Positions 25,560 to 37,875 of a stretch of 64,000 bases of DNA are shown in pieces. This DNA is from Rhina ancylostomus. Lineage: Eukaryota. Location of the stretch: contig JARFYF010000022.1 in the NCBI GenBank assembly GCA_030265395.1, forward strand, positions 30,310,694-30,374,693, given 5' to 3'. How positions within the stretch are numbered: the stretch's first letter is position 1; every line of letters starts with the position of its first letter. The notes under the pieces are model-generated. The model did not search any database, had not been told where the DNA came from, and saw only the letters and a list, made by a program, of their open reading frames with translations. The position numbers were made by a program, and so were the translations under genes.

Positions 25560-25885
25560 GGTGCTAAAATATTAAAGCAGCTTTAGCTGATCTTGGCTGG
25601 GGAAGCAGCTGAGGAATCAGCACTCCTAAGCAAGTGAACAGAAGAATATCATTCATTGCTGCCTAATGATTTCTGTTGGCAAGTGTGCATGCTGTATGGG
25701 AACTGAGTTAGGCTAAGTTATGATTCCCTCATGTAAAACTAGTCAGTCAACACTTCCTGTCAAGACTTGCTCATGCTAAATGCTCAGCTGGATGAAGTTC
25801 CAGAGGGCATCCAGAGCCTTTTAAACTCTGGCTCAGTGTGAAATAGTGCCTTTTGGCAAAGGGATCAAGAAGGTGGAAAGAGAAA
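25560..25885 (+). mobile_element. Old SINE, same family as 11470 and 56035
   Basis: ttagctgatcttggctgggg..ctgttggcaagtgtgcat..gttccagagggcatcc is collinear in antisense with those copies. Confidence 0.45.
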
Positions 25886-27104
25886 CAATGGTCCTGACTT
25901 GTCAGTCATTTCTCATAAAATCTGGCGTCAGAATAAAGATTTTTATTCTTTGAGGCATGAAAATTGTGCAAATATCTTTTCTGTGGTATACTACCTACAC
26001 TGCCTTTGACAATCAAATCCGCTGGTATTCTTGCATCCTCTCCATAAATACTGCCTGGATTCTTTGCAAGTAATCTGCACAAATTCTCTCCATGTGCTGT
26101 ACAGGACACCTTCCTGAAGTTCCCTTCCGTATGTAGATCTGGCTGTTTTTATCTCCTTAAAGCACCTTATCCAGGACTGCCTAGACGTCAGCCTCATGAA
26201 AAATGTGTGCGCTTCATTTTTACCTCCTCCCATTGACCTACTTCCTGTTTTAGGGTTTCTTTCCTTTCATTGGGGTTAATTTGAAGATATGTTGCAAAAG
26301 TGCCAAAAATTCATATATCAGTCAGCTATTACAGCTACCTGATGGTTAGTTTGGAAAAAGTTTGGTACTTGACAGTGTTTGAATTTACCTCAGATATAAT
26401 AAAGGTGAACAATATTTGCAAATTGCTTATTACAGATTGACACACCCAATTATCTCACACCCAATTTTCTTATCCATTGACTTTGCTGTCTAAGGATTCT
26501 GTAGCAAAATAGCATAATTACTGCTATTTTTTCCAACCTTTGTGCTTCCTCCAAATGGTTAATGAATTCCAGAACATTAAAAGATTGAATGTAAAGTTCC
26601 ATTGTAAGATCAGTGATGTCACTGCAGAATACGTTTCTTTAGTGAATATTGCAGACTGTGTTGTGCAAATTCCTGGAAAGGACTGAGTGGGCAGTATTTA
26701 ATTTTGCATAGATTCCAATACAAGTTCTCTACCTACTACTATTGTAGGAGTATCATCTCCACAAGGACTATGATGGTTCATGAAAGAAGCCCACAAGCTT
26801 CTCAAGGCAATGAGGATAGTTTAATCAATGACACACAAAAACCGTTGTCTGTCTCAGATCTGCCATGCAACTCTCAGCTTCTCTCATTTGAGACAGGAAG
26901 TTTTCTCACTGGGAGAAGACTTTAGGTCAACAACCCCCATTTCCTCTAGCTCTTTCAAATATGTATTGCAACCTTGCCAATGACACAGTTTCAATTATGA
27001 TGTATGCAGTAACAGATTTACTGCTAATAACTCAGTTACTAAGTACCACCTTGACCTTGTAGCAGTACTCTAGCTTTCTAGAAGTTTGAAGTCTCCAAAG
27101 AGGA

Positions 27105-27460
27105 GATCCAGGGATGAGTGACAAGAGTTACTTGGACAACGTGGAGAAGTTGGGGCTGCACTTTGGAACAGAGATGATTGCAAGGGGATCTGATGGAGGT
27201 GTTTCAAATCCTGAAGGGTATAGACAGAGAGAAACTATTCCTATTGTCAGACAGTTCGAGATCAAGGGGATAGAAAATGAAGGGGATTAAACAAAAGCAG
27301 AAATGAGGAAAAGCTTGTTTTGTGGTGAAGGTTAGGATCTGGAAAGCACTGCTGGGGCAATGATGGGGTTAGGGTGAAGCTGTGGGTTTTGCTGGATTGC
27401 TCTCATGTGTAGATATGGACTTGACAAGCCAAACAGCCTTCTTCCATGCAGCTACTATTC
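27105..27460 (+). mobile_element. CR1 ORF2 C-terminus and tail
   Basis: ttgcaaggggatctgatggaggtgtttcaaatcctgaagggtatagacaga translates LQGDLMEVFQILKGIDR (CR1 LRGDLIEVYKIxxGxDR). Confidence 0.8.
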
Positions 27461-28039
27461 ATAAACTAACCTGCATTGACAGAGCTAAATTTTGTTAATG
27501 TTGTTTCATCGATGTCTTCAACAATAAAAAATTTAAACCAAAGCCTCATGTGGACAGATATTGTGAATGATCACTTAACACTACTTGAATGAAATCAAAT
27601 TGCTTTCCAGTGTTCCAATTAGGATCCATCCTATAAACAACTCCATCGGAACAAATTATCTCATCACTGATCACATATTTTTGTTTGTGGGTCCTTTCTG
27701 TGTCCAAGTTAAGACCTTCCAAACTACAGCGACACATTAATAGTAATTAATTGTTTGCAAAGCTTTTCATATGTTCAAATGCTTTATAAATGCAAGGACC
27801 TTCTTGTCTTTCTTTATTGGATTATGGTGCCAATTTGTTTGTGCACAGGCAAACTGACAATGGCATGGCATTTCAGACAATATACCAGGAGTAGCTGGGT
27901 GCTGGAAGTAATAAAACCTATTGATCTGAATTGACACTGAGGGAGTGATGCACAATCAGGGCATCTCCTTTTTGGCTGAGATGTTAAATCATGGCTCTGC
28001 CTGCTCCTTTGATAGACATAAGATTCCTACGGCATCATG

Positions 28040-28278
28040 GAGACTGCAAATGCTGGAATCTGGAGCAACAAACAATTGGTTCCATCTGCCCAACATCCTT
28101 CACTCCTCCTANNNNNNNNNNNNNNNNNNNNNNNNNNNNNNNNNNNNNNNNNNNNNNNNNNNNNNNNNNNNNNNNTCCACTCTCAATCCTAATACAGGGT
28201 TTTGACCTGAAACATCTATAATTCCTACAGAAGCTGCTCATCCCACTGAGTTCTTCCAGCAGATTGTTTGTTGTCTCA
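28040..28278. mobile_element. Penelope-derived fold-back element spanning a gap
   Basis: gctggaatctggagcaacaaacaat on the left and ctgagttcttccagcagattgtttgttg on the right. Same subfamily as 53065. Confidence 0.7.
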
Positions 28279-28679
28279 TTTTACAGAACAACTAGAAGAA
28301 CACTCCACAGTATCCTTGCCAATAGTTATTGCTCAGTTAACATAGATGAAACAGATATATAGTCATTATGCTGCACTTTTTTTATCATAACAAAAAGATT
28401 TTAGCTGCAAATTTTCAAAATTAATGTCAACTTCAGGTAAGATACACCAGCTATAAACTGAATGAGAGAAACTGTCAGCTTCTTAAAACTTATTCCATGT
28501 GAAAGCCCAGTGATCAAATGGGGCAGCTGGAACTTCCATTTTAAAACCTGATTTTCTCACCCTTTTTCCTGACTTCACTGATTCCAGCTGGTTGTAATCC
28601 CATGGGAAGTGACCACGTTCTTAGTTATGGGCCTAAGTGACAACCTTGAAGATCAAATTATCCAGGCGGGCAAGATGGA

Positions 28680-28805
28680 CACTGAGCCAAACCCAATCCT
28701 GTCCTCACCCAACATTTACACTGTCAATCCAGAATCAGGAAATGAGGATGGGCAATAAATGCTGGCCTAGCCTGCAATGCCCAGATCTCTTAAATGAATG
28801 AAAAG
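28680..28805. mobile_element. Adjacent SINE fragments: a piece of the old SINE plus the tail ggatgggcaataaatgctggcc
   Basis: 28744-28800 is the reverse complement of the tail at 48985-49020. Confidence 0.55.
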
Positions 28806-31800
28806 GTATAAAGATCAGGGGTGAGAAATTATTTATGTTATTGGCCAATGCAGTTGAAAATAAATGTGGCAGTTCTGATGTTTCTCTGGGTGAAATCTGT
28901 TAACAAAGGAAGAAGGGAGATGGTTGCCAATCTTTCAGGACTTTCCCTCATTATAACATCTCCAAGAACTAAATATTCACCTCTTGGGCAATTATCGTTA
29001 CCCCAATCAAAACACCTTAGAGGTATTACAAGAGAAATTCTTTTTTTTAGATTTTCTTCGAATATTTTCATTTCGGGATGATGTAAAACACTGTTTGATT
29101 AGCTGTGGTGTTTGGTGGTAGAAGTTCATATCGTGAAACCTCCAAGCAGAGATGCTGACTGCAAGAGGACCTTTCTTAATTTTATGTAGTTCAGAGATGG
29201 ATCAGATAATGTGTTTGTCCTCTGAACCATTAGGATGGCACAGAAAAAAAATTCTGCGAGATTTAGAGCTTTCTCTAGCTTGTGTCTCAGCATCATTACT
29301 TTAAAAAGTCAACACTGATACAAGAATATTAAATTGCAAAGACCTGCATTAATACTTAATATTACTGTAGCTGAATCCATCACAGTCTTGTCAATTAAAT
29401 ATTATTGTTAAGAAGCAATAGTTTGTTAAAACCACATAAAGTGCAAGTGAGGAAAATTGCTGTGTATTTATTACTCCTGAAGGATCTATTTGTAGGTGTT
29501 TTACAGAGATATCAGTGGAAAAATATGCATATTCTCAGCACATTGCTATCCCCGAGTGTGTGTTTCTTTGGCTGAAACCAGAGGCGAAAGCTCTGTATCT
29601 GCAACTTCCGAAAAAAAGCCTGAAGAACTAAGTGAGCCTAAATTTAATCAGAAACAAACACTCATCACTACAAAAGTGAAGAGTTGACTATTATGCAAAT
29701 TGTCACTGTCAGTGGTCACCAACCCATTATGGTTAATGAGAAAAAGCTGAAAGATGTGGGCTTTTTATTCCTCTCTCTTCTTTTTGTTTATAATTCAGTC
29801 CAGATGAGGTTCTGCAAAGCAAAGCCAACATTAAGTAAATCGTTGACAGCATATTGCAGAAACATGTTTAACACCAAAGAGTAATAATAGGATATGCAGT
29901 TCATTACTATTTATAGGAGTGCAAGAATAGAAATCCCACCACCACGGCAGGCCCACTGTGTATTTGTGTCGCCTGCCTTTAAACCTCAGCAGTGCTTTGG
30001 GAGGCTAAATATCCTATGCACCCATTTTTTGTATTAGTTTTGTTAAAGCTACATATGATTGTGGGCTGGCATGGTCAAGAGCATTTTGATGGGACTCTCC
30101 AATAAATGCTAGGACTCTGCTTCTTGCTTTGCATCACAGCATGTGTCAGCTTCCTCCAAGCAGAGGGAGGTCCAGTCTACTCCTCTGAACCTCAAAGGGG
30201 TCAGTTAAAAGAAAGGTTTGGGAGACATACCATTCAACCAAAAACAAGTTGAAAGGAGCAGGGTTAGAATCTGCACTTAGTGGGAGTTTACTACAATGTT
30301 GAATAGAATTAGCACTTTTAATGCTAGGGTGTCATATTGAAAGCATCACAGTCAAACCTGGAAATAGATCATGTTATGGTCATCTCAGAGGGAACAGGGA
30401 AAAGAAACAACAAATGAACAAAAAGGAGTCATGCTTGTCATTCTCTGCACAGAAACATATTTGGAAATGGTTCTTTTTAATTTATAAACAGTATATATCA
30501 TGCATTTCTTTCTAATGCAAATTGTTAGTATAAATATTTTCACAGTTTATATGATTTGAAGCTGCCCGTGAACATGACTATTCAGTTTTGTATTAAGATG
30601 GACATGGTTTCTACTTGTTGGATTCTGTGCCAGAAATATTTAAACTATTTGTATTGTCATCATACACTGGTGCACAAATGCCATAGGGAACCTTACAGAA
30701 TACCAAAACTATTTAAAAAGCAAATGAAGAAAAGCACGTCTATACTTTCAGTCTGAATGCAAGAAAGGCTTCTTTTGTCAAGACATCTGTACAATGTTTT
30801 TTAAAAGAAAGTGGAGGGCAAAAAGGCCTGTTTCTGTGCTGAATGACTCCAAGAACTCTAAAGAAACTTCCTTTTTTGAGTTACCTTCAAGTGTCCATGC
30901 ATCTGACTGAGAAAACAGGCTATTACCAAGCCTGTGCATTGTCATTCTAAACTACTTACCAAAAGATGAGAGATGGGAAATCTTCATCTACTTTTCCTTT
31001 CCTCCCTGGGGATAGTTAGTATCTTCCCATGGAACAAAAGAGTAGCATGTAATGTGTTGAAGAAAACAATAGAAACACTCCTGTGGCAATACTTGTCTCA
31101 AAGTAACTCAAGAGATGGGGAGCAGGAGGATGGTGTGGGGTGGTGGGGAACACTAAAATAAATACAAGTAATGCAATCAGCTAATGCACAGAGGAGTATT
31201 ATATAGTAATTTCATTCATCCTGTGTTACCCACTGCTCACAAAAAACACTTTCTCATGGCAATGCTGCTGAGATAGGGAACTTATCCTGTGGGAGGAAGT
31301 GGGGCTGTGGGTGGAAATCCCTTCGCTCTAATTGTAGTGAGAGAAAAACAATAACTAATTCTAAACTTCTATTTTGTACGTGCTTTGAATAAAATAGAAT
31401 AAAATGCTATGAACATGATAGTATTACAGATATAATTATAGTGGGTGTACACTCAAGTTTACCAACCAGAAGAAATTTGAACTTTAAAACGTCATATGTG
31501 GAGCCTATTTCAAGGATACTGAAATGATCCTTCTAATAAATAAAATGCATTAAAGGGATCGTTTTGGTCAATTTTTGATGCCTTTGTATAGCATTCATTA
31601 TGTAGAACTTCCATCAGATGTCAGCTTTCATAATGAAGTAAGAAGTAAGATCTTCATTAAAGACACAGTAAAGATATTATCCAAAGGAGACTTATTATTA
31701 TTGACAACACGACACCTAGGGTAATGTTCTGTTCTTTAAGATGTTGCTTTAATGGTAATTCTTTGTTCTTTGTTCCTCTGTGTGGCGGTTTCTCCAGAAA

Positions 31801-33904
31801 TCACTACACAACCTACATGGCTGAGCCTACACTATGGAATTCCGAACTCCCCACCTCTGAACAAGCCTTTGCTCACTCTTATTAATGTCTCCTTTTTTTG
31901 GCTAGGTTCCTATTTATTTTGTTTATTTTTCTACAATATATATTTTTCTACTTAACAGATGCTAAATAGATTAAAGTTGCATACTATATCATCCAGGTAT
32001 AAATTTTCTGATAGAGTCTTTTGGGGAGGGAGGCATGTGGGCAGAATCCGTGGAGGATGATCAGGCCACTTATAGGCAATAAATTACAGATTCCATTGAT
32101 CTGTTTATTTATAGGGGATTGCAGAATAAAAGCAAGATTACATTTAAATTGTAAGATTTGAATATTTAGTAATATTTAGATGAGAACTGCATTTTAAAGT
32201 TGTCCAATCTGTTGGTTGGACTATTTTATTACCAGTTCATAAATTGAATGTTTAATGGTCATTAATATTATAATTGCAATTGCGGTTGTTATAAAGTTAT
32301 ATAGAAAGTGATGTCACTCTAAATCTTGGCTTTGTTGGATTGCTTTTTATTTCTTCCTTCCCACTCCCACCCTACTTCATAATTAAAATATGTCACTTNN
32401 NNNNNNNNNNNNNNNNNNNNNNNNNNNNNNNNNNNNNNNNNNNNNNNNNNNNNNNNNNNNNNNNNNNNNNNNNNNNNNNNNNNNNNNNNNNNNNNNNNTG
32501 TATCAGGTTGCAAACTTTATAAACAGGAAATCTCTTTTGACATTTGAACATTGACCTTTCCCTCAATATATAAATACTCCACAACTTCAGCAAACAAGAA
32601 TGAAGCTATCAGTGGATAGTAAGGAACTACATGAGAATGTGAGACAGTTAGATTTGTTTGTTGCTTGTAATTACTTGAATCTCTTAGCTGAGGCGTCAAG
32701 TTATGGGGTAACATGGTGTTTTGTCTTGAAGGTGGCAGAGGTCACAGACTACTGCAATGAAGCTCTGCTGAATTGCAACACTGCACACCCGCGGTATGCT
32801 AGTGGTAGATGGGGTGGCTGCTCAATGGTATTGTGGTCACAGTGGAGTGTTCTGCCAACATTCACTGCTTGTGCTGCACATGTGGAATGGCTATTTGGGA
32901 AAGCTGCCAGTGAACATGCAGGACCAGTGAGAACATCTCTTAGACCTTCAGAATAGAGGGAAAGGAGAAAAGGTTTTAAAAAATCACTTTCTTTGTCACC
33001 TGAGCTAAAGCAACAAATTCTGCAGATAAAGTTGCTGGCCACTGGTGAACTATAGCATTGTTCCCAAAGTCCTTGTTATTCACTTTGCTTCCAGATGACA
33101 ATCATCTAGATTCAAAGAAAAAAATACTTGGCTCAATCCTCCTGCTTTCTGCTCAACTGCACAGCAATAAAGACCAGGTTCACTCTCTTTAAAAAAACAA
33201 AATCTTTTTTTAAAAAAATGCACTAAACAAAAATGCCCAAAAGCTTAAGTGCCAAGATGGAAAAAAGGAGGCAAATCTGCATAGAAATTATGAGCCAGTT
33301 AACAAAGGCTTTTGTCCAGCCGTAACTCTTCCCACTCACCCTCCCCCCTTTCTGTAACGAAGGCTTATCTGCTGGAGGAAATGCCTGTTTAACTGACAGG
33401 TAGGAGATTAAATCAACAGCTGCTGAAACACAATCTATACTCTGTTAGATAGGCTTACTTGAAAAGTCCCACAAACACATAATTTGTTTATGTTGTACCA
33501 GCAATCTTTGACAAAGAAACTGTCTATCTGGGACAATTGTGGTTAAACCCATTTATTGTATTATTTCTGCCACACAGCACAAGCTTCTCTCCAAATATGG
33601 AACTGAGATAGGTCATAGTACTTCAGCTTTGTAAAGGGTCTACGGGCTTTTAAGGGGGTAGGATAGAAATGCCTGAAGAATAGTTAACTTCTAACCCTTT
33701 CCTGCTTTAGTCATTGGCCACACAATATCAACCACAATGGTTTAAACCAGGACACTTTCCCTCTGATATCCAATGCCAACTAATTACAACACCCCCTCCT
33801 CCCCATTTACAGACCAGAAAGGTACATCAAACATTTTTGAGACACAAGTTTTAGGATCTGTCATTTTCAATGTGATGCAGAACAAATGTGACAGGATTAA
33901 TTGA

Positions 33905-34010
33905 GCAAAAAATCTCAAAAAACAGAAACACGCAATTGGCCAATCAATATGTGTAAAGACAAAGAACAGACAATTCAAATTTCAACAGTGGACCCTTCTT
34001 CAGAACCTGA
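33905..34010 (-). mobile_element. Decayed Penelope-derived arm
   Basis: tttcaacagtggacccttcttcagaac corresponds to the tttcagg..gacccttcatcag motif of the other copies. Confidence 0.45.
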
Positions 34011-34066
34011 AGCACTGGTTGTATTTTCCCTCCTCCATGATGCAACTAACTCCAGATTCTGCACAT

Positions 34067-34445
34067 GAGCAACATAGTGGCACTGCAGGGAGTGTAACTT
34101 TCTCACAGCTCCAGAGACCAGAGTTTGATTGTGACCTCTTGTACCCTCTGTATGGAGTTTGCTCTATCTCCCTGTGGGGTTCCCTGGTGCTTTAGCTTCC
34201 TCTCGCATTCCAAAGATGTGTCACTGCTACATTATTTGGCTACTGTAAAGTACCCCTGGCCTTGGTGGCAGGAGGGAGTATCAGGAGAGTTCAGCTACAC
34301 ACTTGGTGTAGGTACTGGTGGGAAAATCCGAGGGTGGTAATGGGCCTGATTGAGAAAATGGATTGAAGGGAAATGAGTGGGGGAATGGGAGGGTTCTGAG
34401 TGCCAACATAGACTCGATGGGCCAAATGGTTTCCTTCTATGTAAG
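34067..34445 (+). mobile_element. Older V-SINE (HE1-like) with a CR1-type tail
   Basis: Head ctcacagctccagagaccagagtttgatt, core tatggagtttgc..cttcctctcgcattccaaagatgtg and tail atagactcgatgggccaaatggtttccttct. Confidence 0.7.
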
Positions 34446-35944
34446 ATGGAGGTATGAAAACACTGCCACTACCATTGACTTTTGTTATCAAACACCCGAG
34501 GCTTACATACAGCTATAATTTTCCTTTCTAGCTTTCCAAAATTAAATCATTTTCAGATGTTAGTAATAAACTAAAGGGGCTAGCAACTTTGAGCCAAAGC
34601 TAAAAATCTCCAAATTTGTTAACAAAGTTCTTTACACAATACATAAAACATGAAATTTAACAGAGGCATTGATACCTTCATAATTCTCCTTTAGAACAGA
34701 AACAATAATTCACCAAAAATGGCTCAGTGAGTCACATGTTATTCTATGGTCCTGATATTGCATATGCCTCACAGGCTTCAATCAGTCCTACCTCAGTGAT
34801 ACTTTTAAGTGTTATTACCAATGTTTTCATTCAATTGTGATGATTTTAGGTATTTTAAAAATGTGTTAATGGAGGGGAGTGAGAATGAGGCTGTAATTCA
34901 AGCTGGCAGCTCAAATAGCACCCGTAACCTGCTCGAGCAGCTATTGCAGAGTTTACAAATCCATCCATTCATCCCTAGTAATCCAGAACATTTTTTTTAA
35001 GTAACTTTTACAAACATTGCTAGAGAAATTGGGGAATAACCTAGTATGACATAAATAGCAAGCCAGTAATAAAACATGAGAAGCAACATCACTAATAGAA
35101 TCAATATTTGGCAATCCCTGTTCTTTTCATTCTTTCAAAACTACAACATTCAAATAATTAACCATATTCTTAGATATATGATGTACACACAAGGATCCCT
35201 TATCAGTGCCAATACAAAATGTATGCATAGGGGGAAAATTAGCATTAATTTCAAGACTTTTCGTCATTAACAAACATATAATTTTACTGAGACTATTCTC
35301 ATTAAAAAGCTCACCCAGCCAGGGAAAATGTTAAATGATCCTTTTGCTTTAATAAAATATAATTAAAAATGTTGCACAATGTAAAATAGAATCTAATAAC
35401 TGTAAATGAGAAAGAAAATGTAGATATATGGCATAACTATCTGCCACAATTGGACAAGTCCACACTGCTCTTGTCTCCACTTCCATTGAATAATAGACCC
35501 CACCTCAGCAGGACAAAGGAAACTGAAAGATAATCCTTTCAGATCAATTTTCAGGATGTCTGTTCCACCTTAATCTGAGTTTTGTCCTTTTAAAATGAAT
35601 ATGGCTGATATTCATGACCATGGATAATGGGAGGGTGAATCATTGAGATTAAATTGGAGAAAAATACTTAAAGTAATTGAGTGCATTTTCTGAAGTGATT
35701 AAAGTTTAGTATTCCCTAAAATTATTTTTAGATATGATTTAAAAAATGTTGATTAACTACTTCAAGTGATCCTTGAATGAAGAGTGATTGGCAATGCAAC
35801 TNNNNNNNNNNGTGGAGCACAAATGAATCAAGTCTCAAAGAATTAAAGGCTGTACTATCCAGTAGAATGTCTTGATGATACCTTCAATGCATTTGATTGC
35901 TGGGGAAGACTCATTTCTTAGAGCATCCTAGAAATGCCATCAAT

Positions 35945-36270
35945 AGCATCAACTTTATGTCTTCACTGAGATCTCTGACCTCTTATGATTGTAAATACCG
36001 CCTCACATCAGTGCATGGACTGCTTGGGCCCTGGAAGTCAGGATCATGGTCACTCTCTAGTTTCCTAGCCTCAGGATCATTACTTTGGGATGCTGCTGCT
36101 GCTATCTGCTACATCTCAGAGCTGGTCACTGTGTGATAAGGTCACCCAAACTTCATACTCAAGGACAGGAGACTTCATCTACTTTCTTGCAGTCCACAGG
36201 GGCATGAAGAGTGTGTAGAGACATTTCCCAAATTGCAAGTGTTCAGACATTGCACTCATACCTTTACAGA
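35945..36270 (+). mobile_element. Probable fossil PIF/Harbinger transposase fragment
   Basis: FLASGSLLWDAAAAICYISE resembles HARBI1-type FxASGSFQxxxGDxCGISQ. ttcccaaattgcaagtgttcagacattgcactcat reads about FPxLQVFRHCTH with one indel, versus FPxVQGxIDCTH. Confidence 0.45.
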
Positions 36271-36769
36271 GATCTCTCTGGCAACTGGCTGCCAGGAGGA
36301 TCAGGTTTTAGCTTGCTGGGTCTAAATGGCACTCTTTGCACACAGAACATGTGGGTACTGTTCTTCACCAGCCTGTCTGGATCACTTTGGCATTGCCCGT
36401 CCCATCCACCCTCTACTATCTTCCACCTCCTAGGAGCACTCTCCAACACACCACACCCACAAGCATTGTGGTATGCATTCAAAGGTAATGATACTTGCTT
36501 GTAGCTGTAAGACTAGTGCTTGCAGTGAGATATGTTCCTGGCTGCAGAGATCACAACTATGTGCCTAAGAACCAGCAGCTGTGAGAATTTGCAATGTATC
36601 AGCAGCCAGTGCCAGCTAAAACCAACAATGGCAATTTCAGCATGGCATTACACAGGGAAATTTGCAGTTGAAGATCTATCCTTATGCAACTTTCAAAAAG
36701 TTGTTTTAAAGCCATTAAAAGGCATTAAAGCAATTTCTAGCCTATTGCCTTTAAGATAGCATACTCATC

Positions 36770-37100
36770 CCTAGTTACAGCTCAGGAGCATTATCAAGCC
36801 GAGCCAAAATATTAGGACAGACGTCCAGGGGCTTGGGAAAAGAAATAGACAACTTAAGGAAGCAAAGAGAGGCAGACAGACAGAGGTGTTTTGGGAGGGA
36901 GCTCCAGAGCTTTGGGACCTTTATTACACCAAAAGCAGAGTTCTTAAATTCATAGATGCTCGGAGACCTCAAGTGATAAAGTGTAGGTACTTTGAGGGGT
37001 AAAAGAGTTGAAAGAAATTTGACTGGGAGTGGCAGACTCTTGGTGGACTTTGGAAACGAGGTTGAGAATTCTTAAGCAAAATTGAAGCCAACAGTTAAAA
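36770..37100 (-). mobile_element. L2-type LINE 3' end
   Basis: The antisense reads FCLRILNLVSKVHQESATP (about FKILxLVxKxLHGxAP) and AFGVIKVPKLWSSLPKHL (about AFSxxxPxLWNSLPxxLR). Confidence 0.7.
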
Positions 37101-37709
37101 CCACTTAATAATGTAATTAAAAAAAACAACAAAATGAAATTATGTGGGGATGCAGTTGCAAAGGCTTGCTTTTCAATCTAGCATCTTTTCATTTGCAAAA
37201 GAAACCTCAATAATACATTTCTGGTAAGGGCACAAAAGTGTTGGTATCAAACCCAAAATTAACAAAGGCAGGTAACAAATGAGGACAAATTAGAAAAGCT
37301 CAGCTGAAATTTGTTAGATATAAAAAATAATTACTTCTGTAAATTACAGGTGAGGACTGTCAATACTTGGGAGTGGAATGCTATCTATTTCTAGTACTAT
37401 ATCCAGGTGCCAACATCAAACATTCTCAAGTGAAATGTGTAATTAGGTGCTGAGCACAACTCCATCACCTCCAGCCATTTCTCAGAAGAATACCCCTGCT
37501 CTACCAGCATTGTAATTCTCCATTTCATAAACCATGCCATGATGTTACCTCTTACGTGAAATTGCCAGCTTGGGGAAGAAGCTAGACACCATTGTTACCT
37601 CTTCTACACTGTACCCCAAGGATGTCCAAATACATCCAACATCCTGAGGCCAGATTTCAAGTTTAAAAATGAGTTCACATGAATTTTTAGACTTTAATGC
37701 TAAATTACA

Positions 37710-37875
37710 AGTAGTTTTATTAAGTGTTCCATTCAGGTGGAAAGCCTACTTCAGAAGATGCAGTGGATGAAGAAGACTTTCACAGTGGACATTTGATGGA
37801 ATGAGTTTAGACTTTACCCTCAAGTCTCCATCCTTCTAACCAAGAGAGAGTGCTATCACTGAATCATGTGTGATC
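37710..37875 (-). mobile_element. Decayed Deu-type SINE head
   Basis: ccttctaaccaagagagagtgctatcactgaatcatg is an antisense tRNA-like head, comparable to 51945-51975. Confidence 0.4.
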
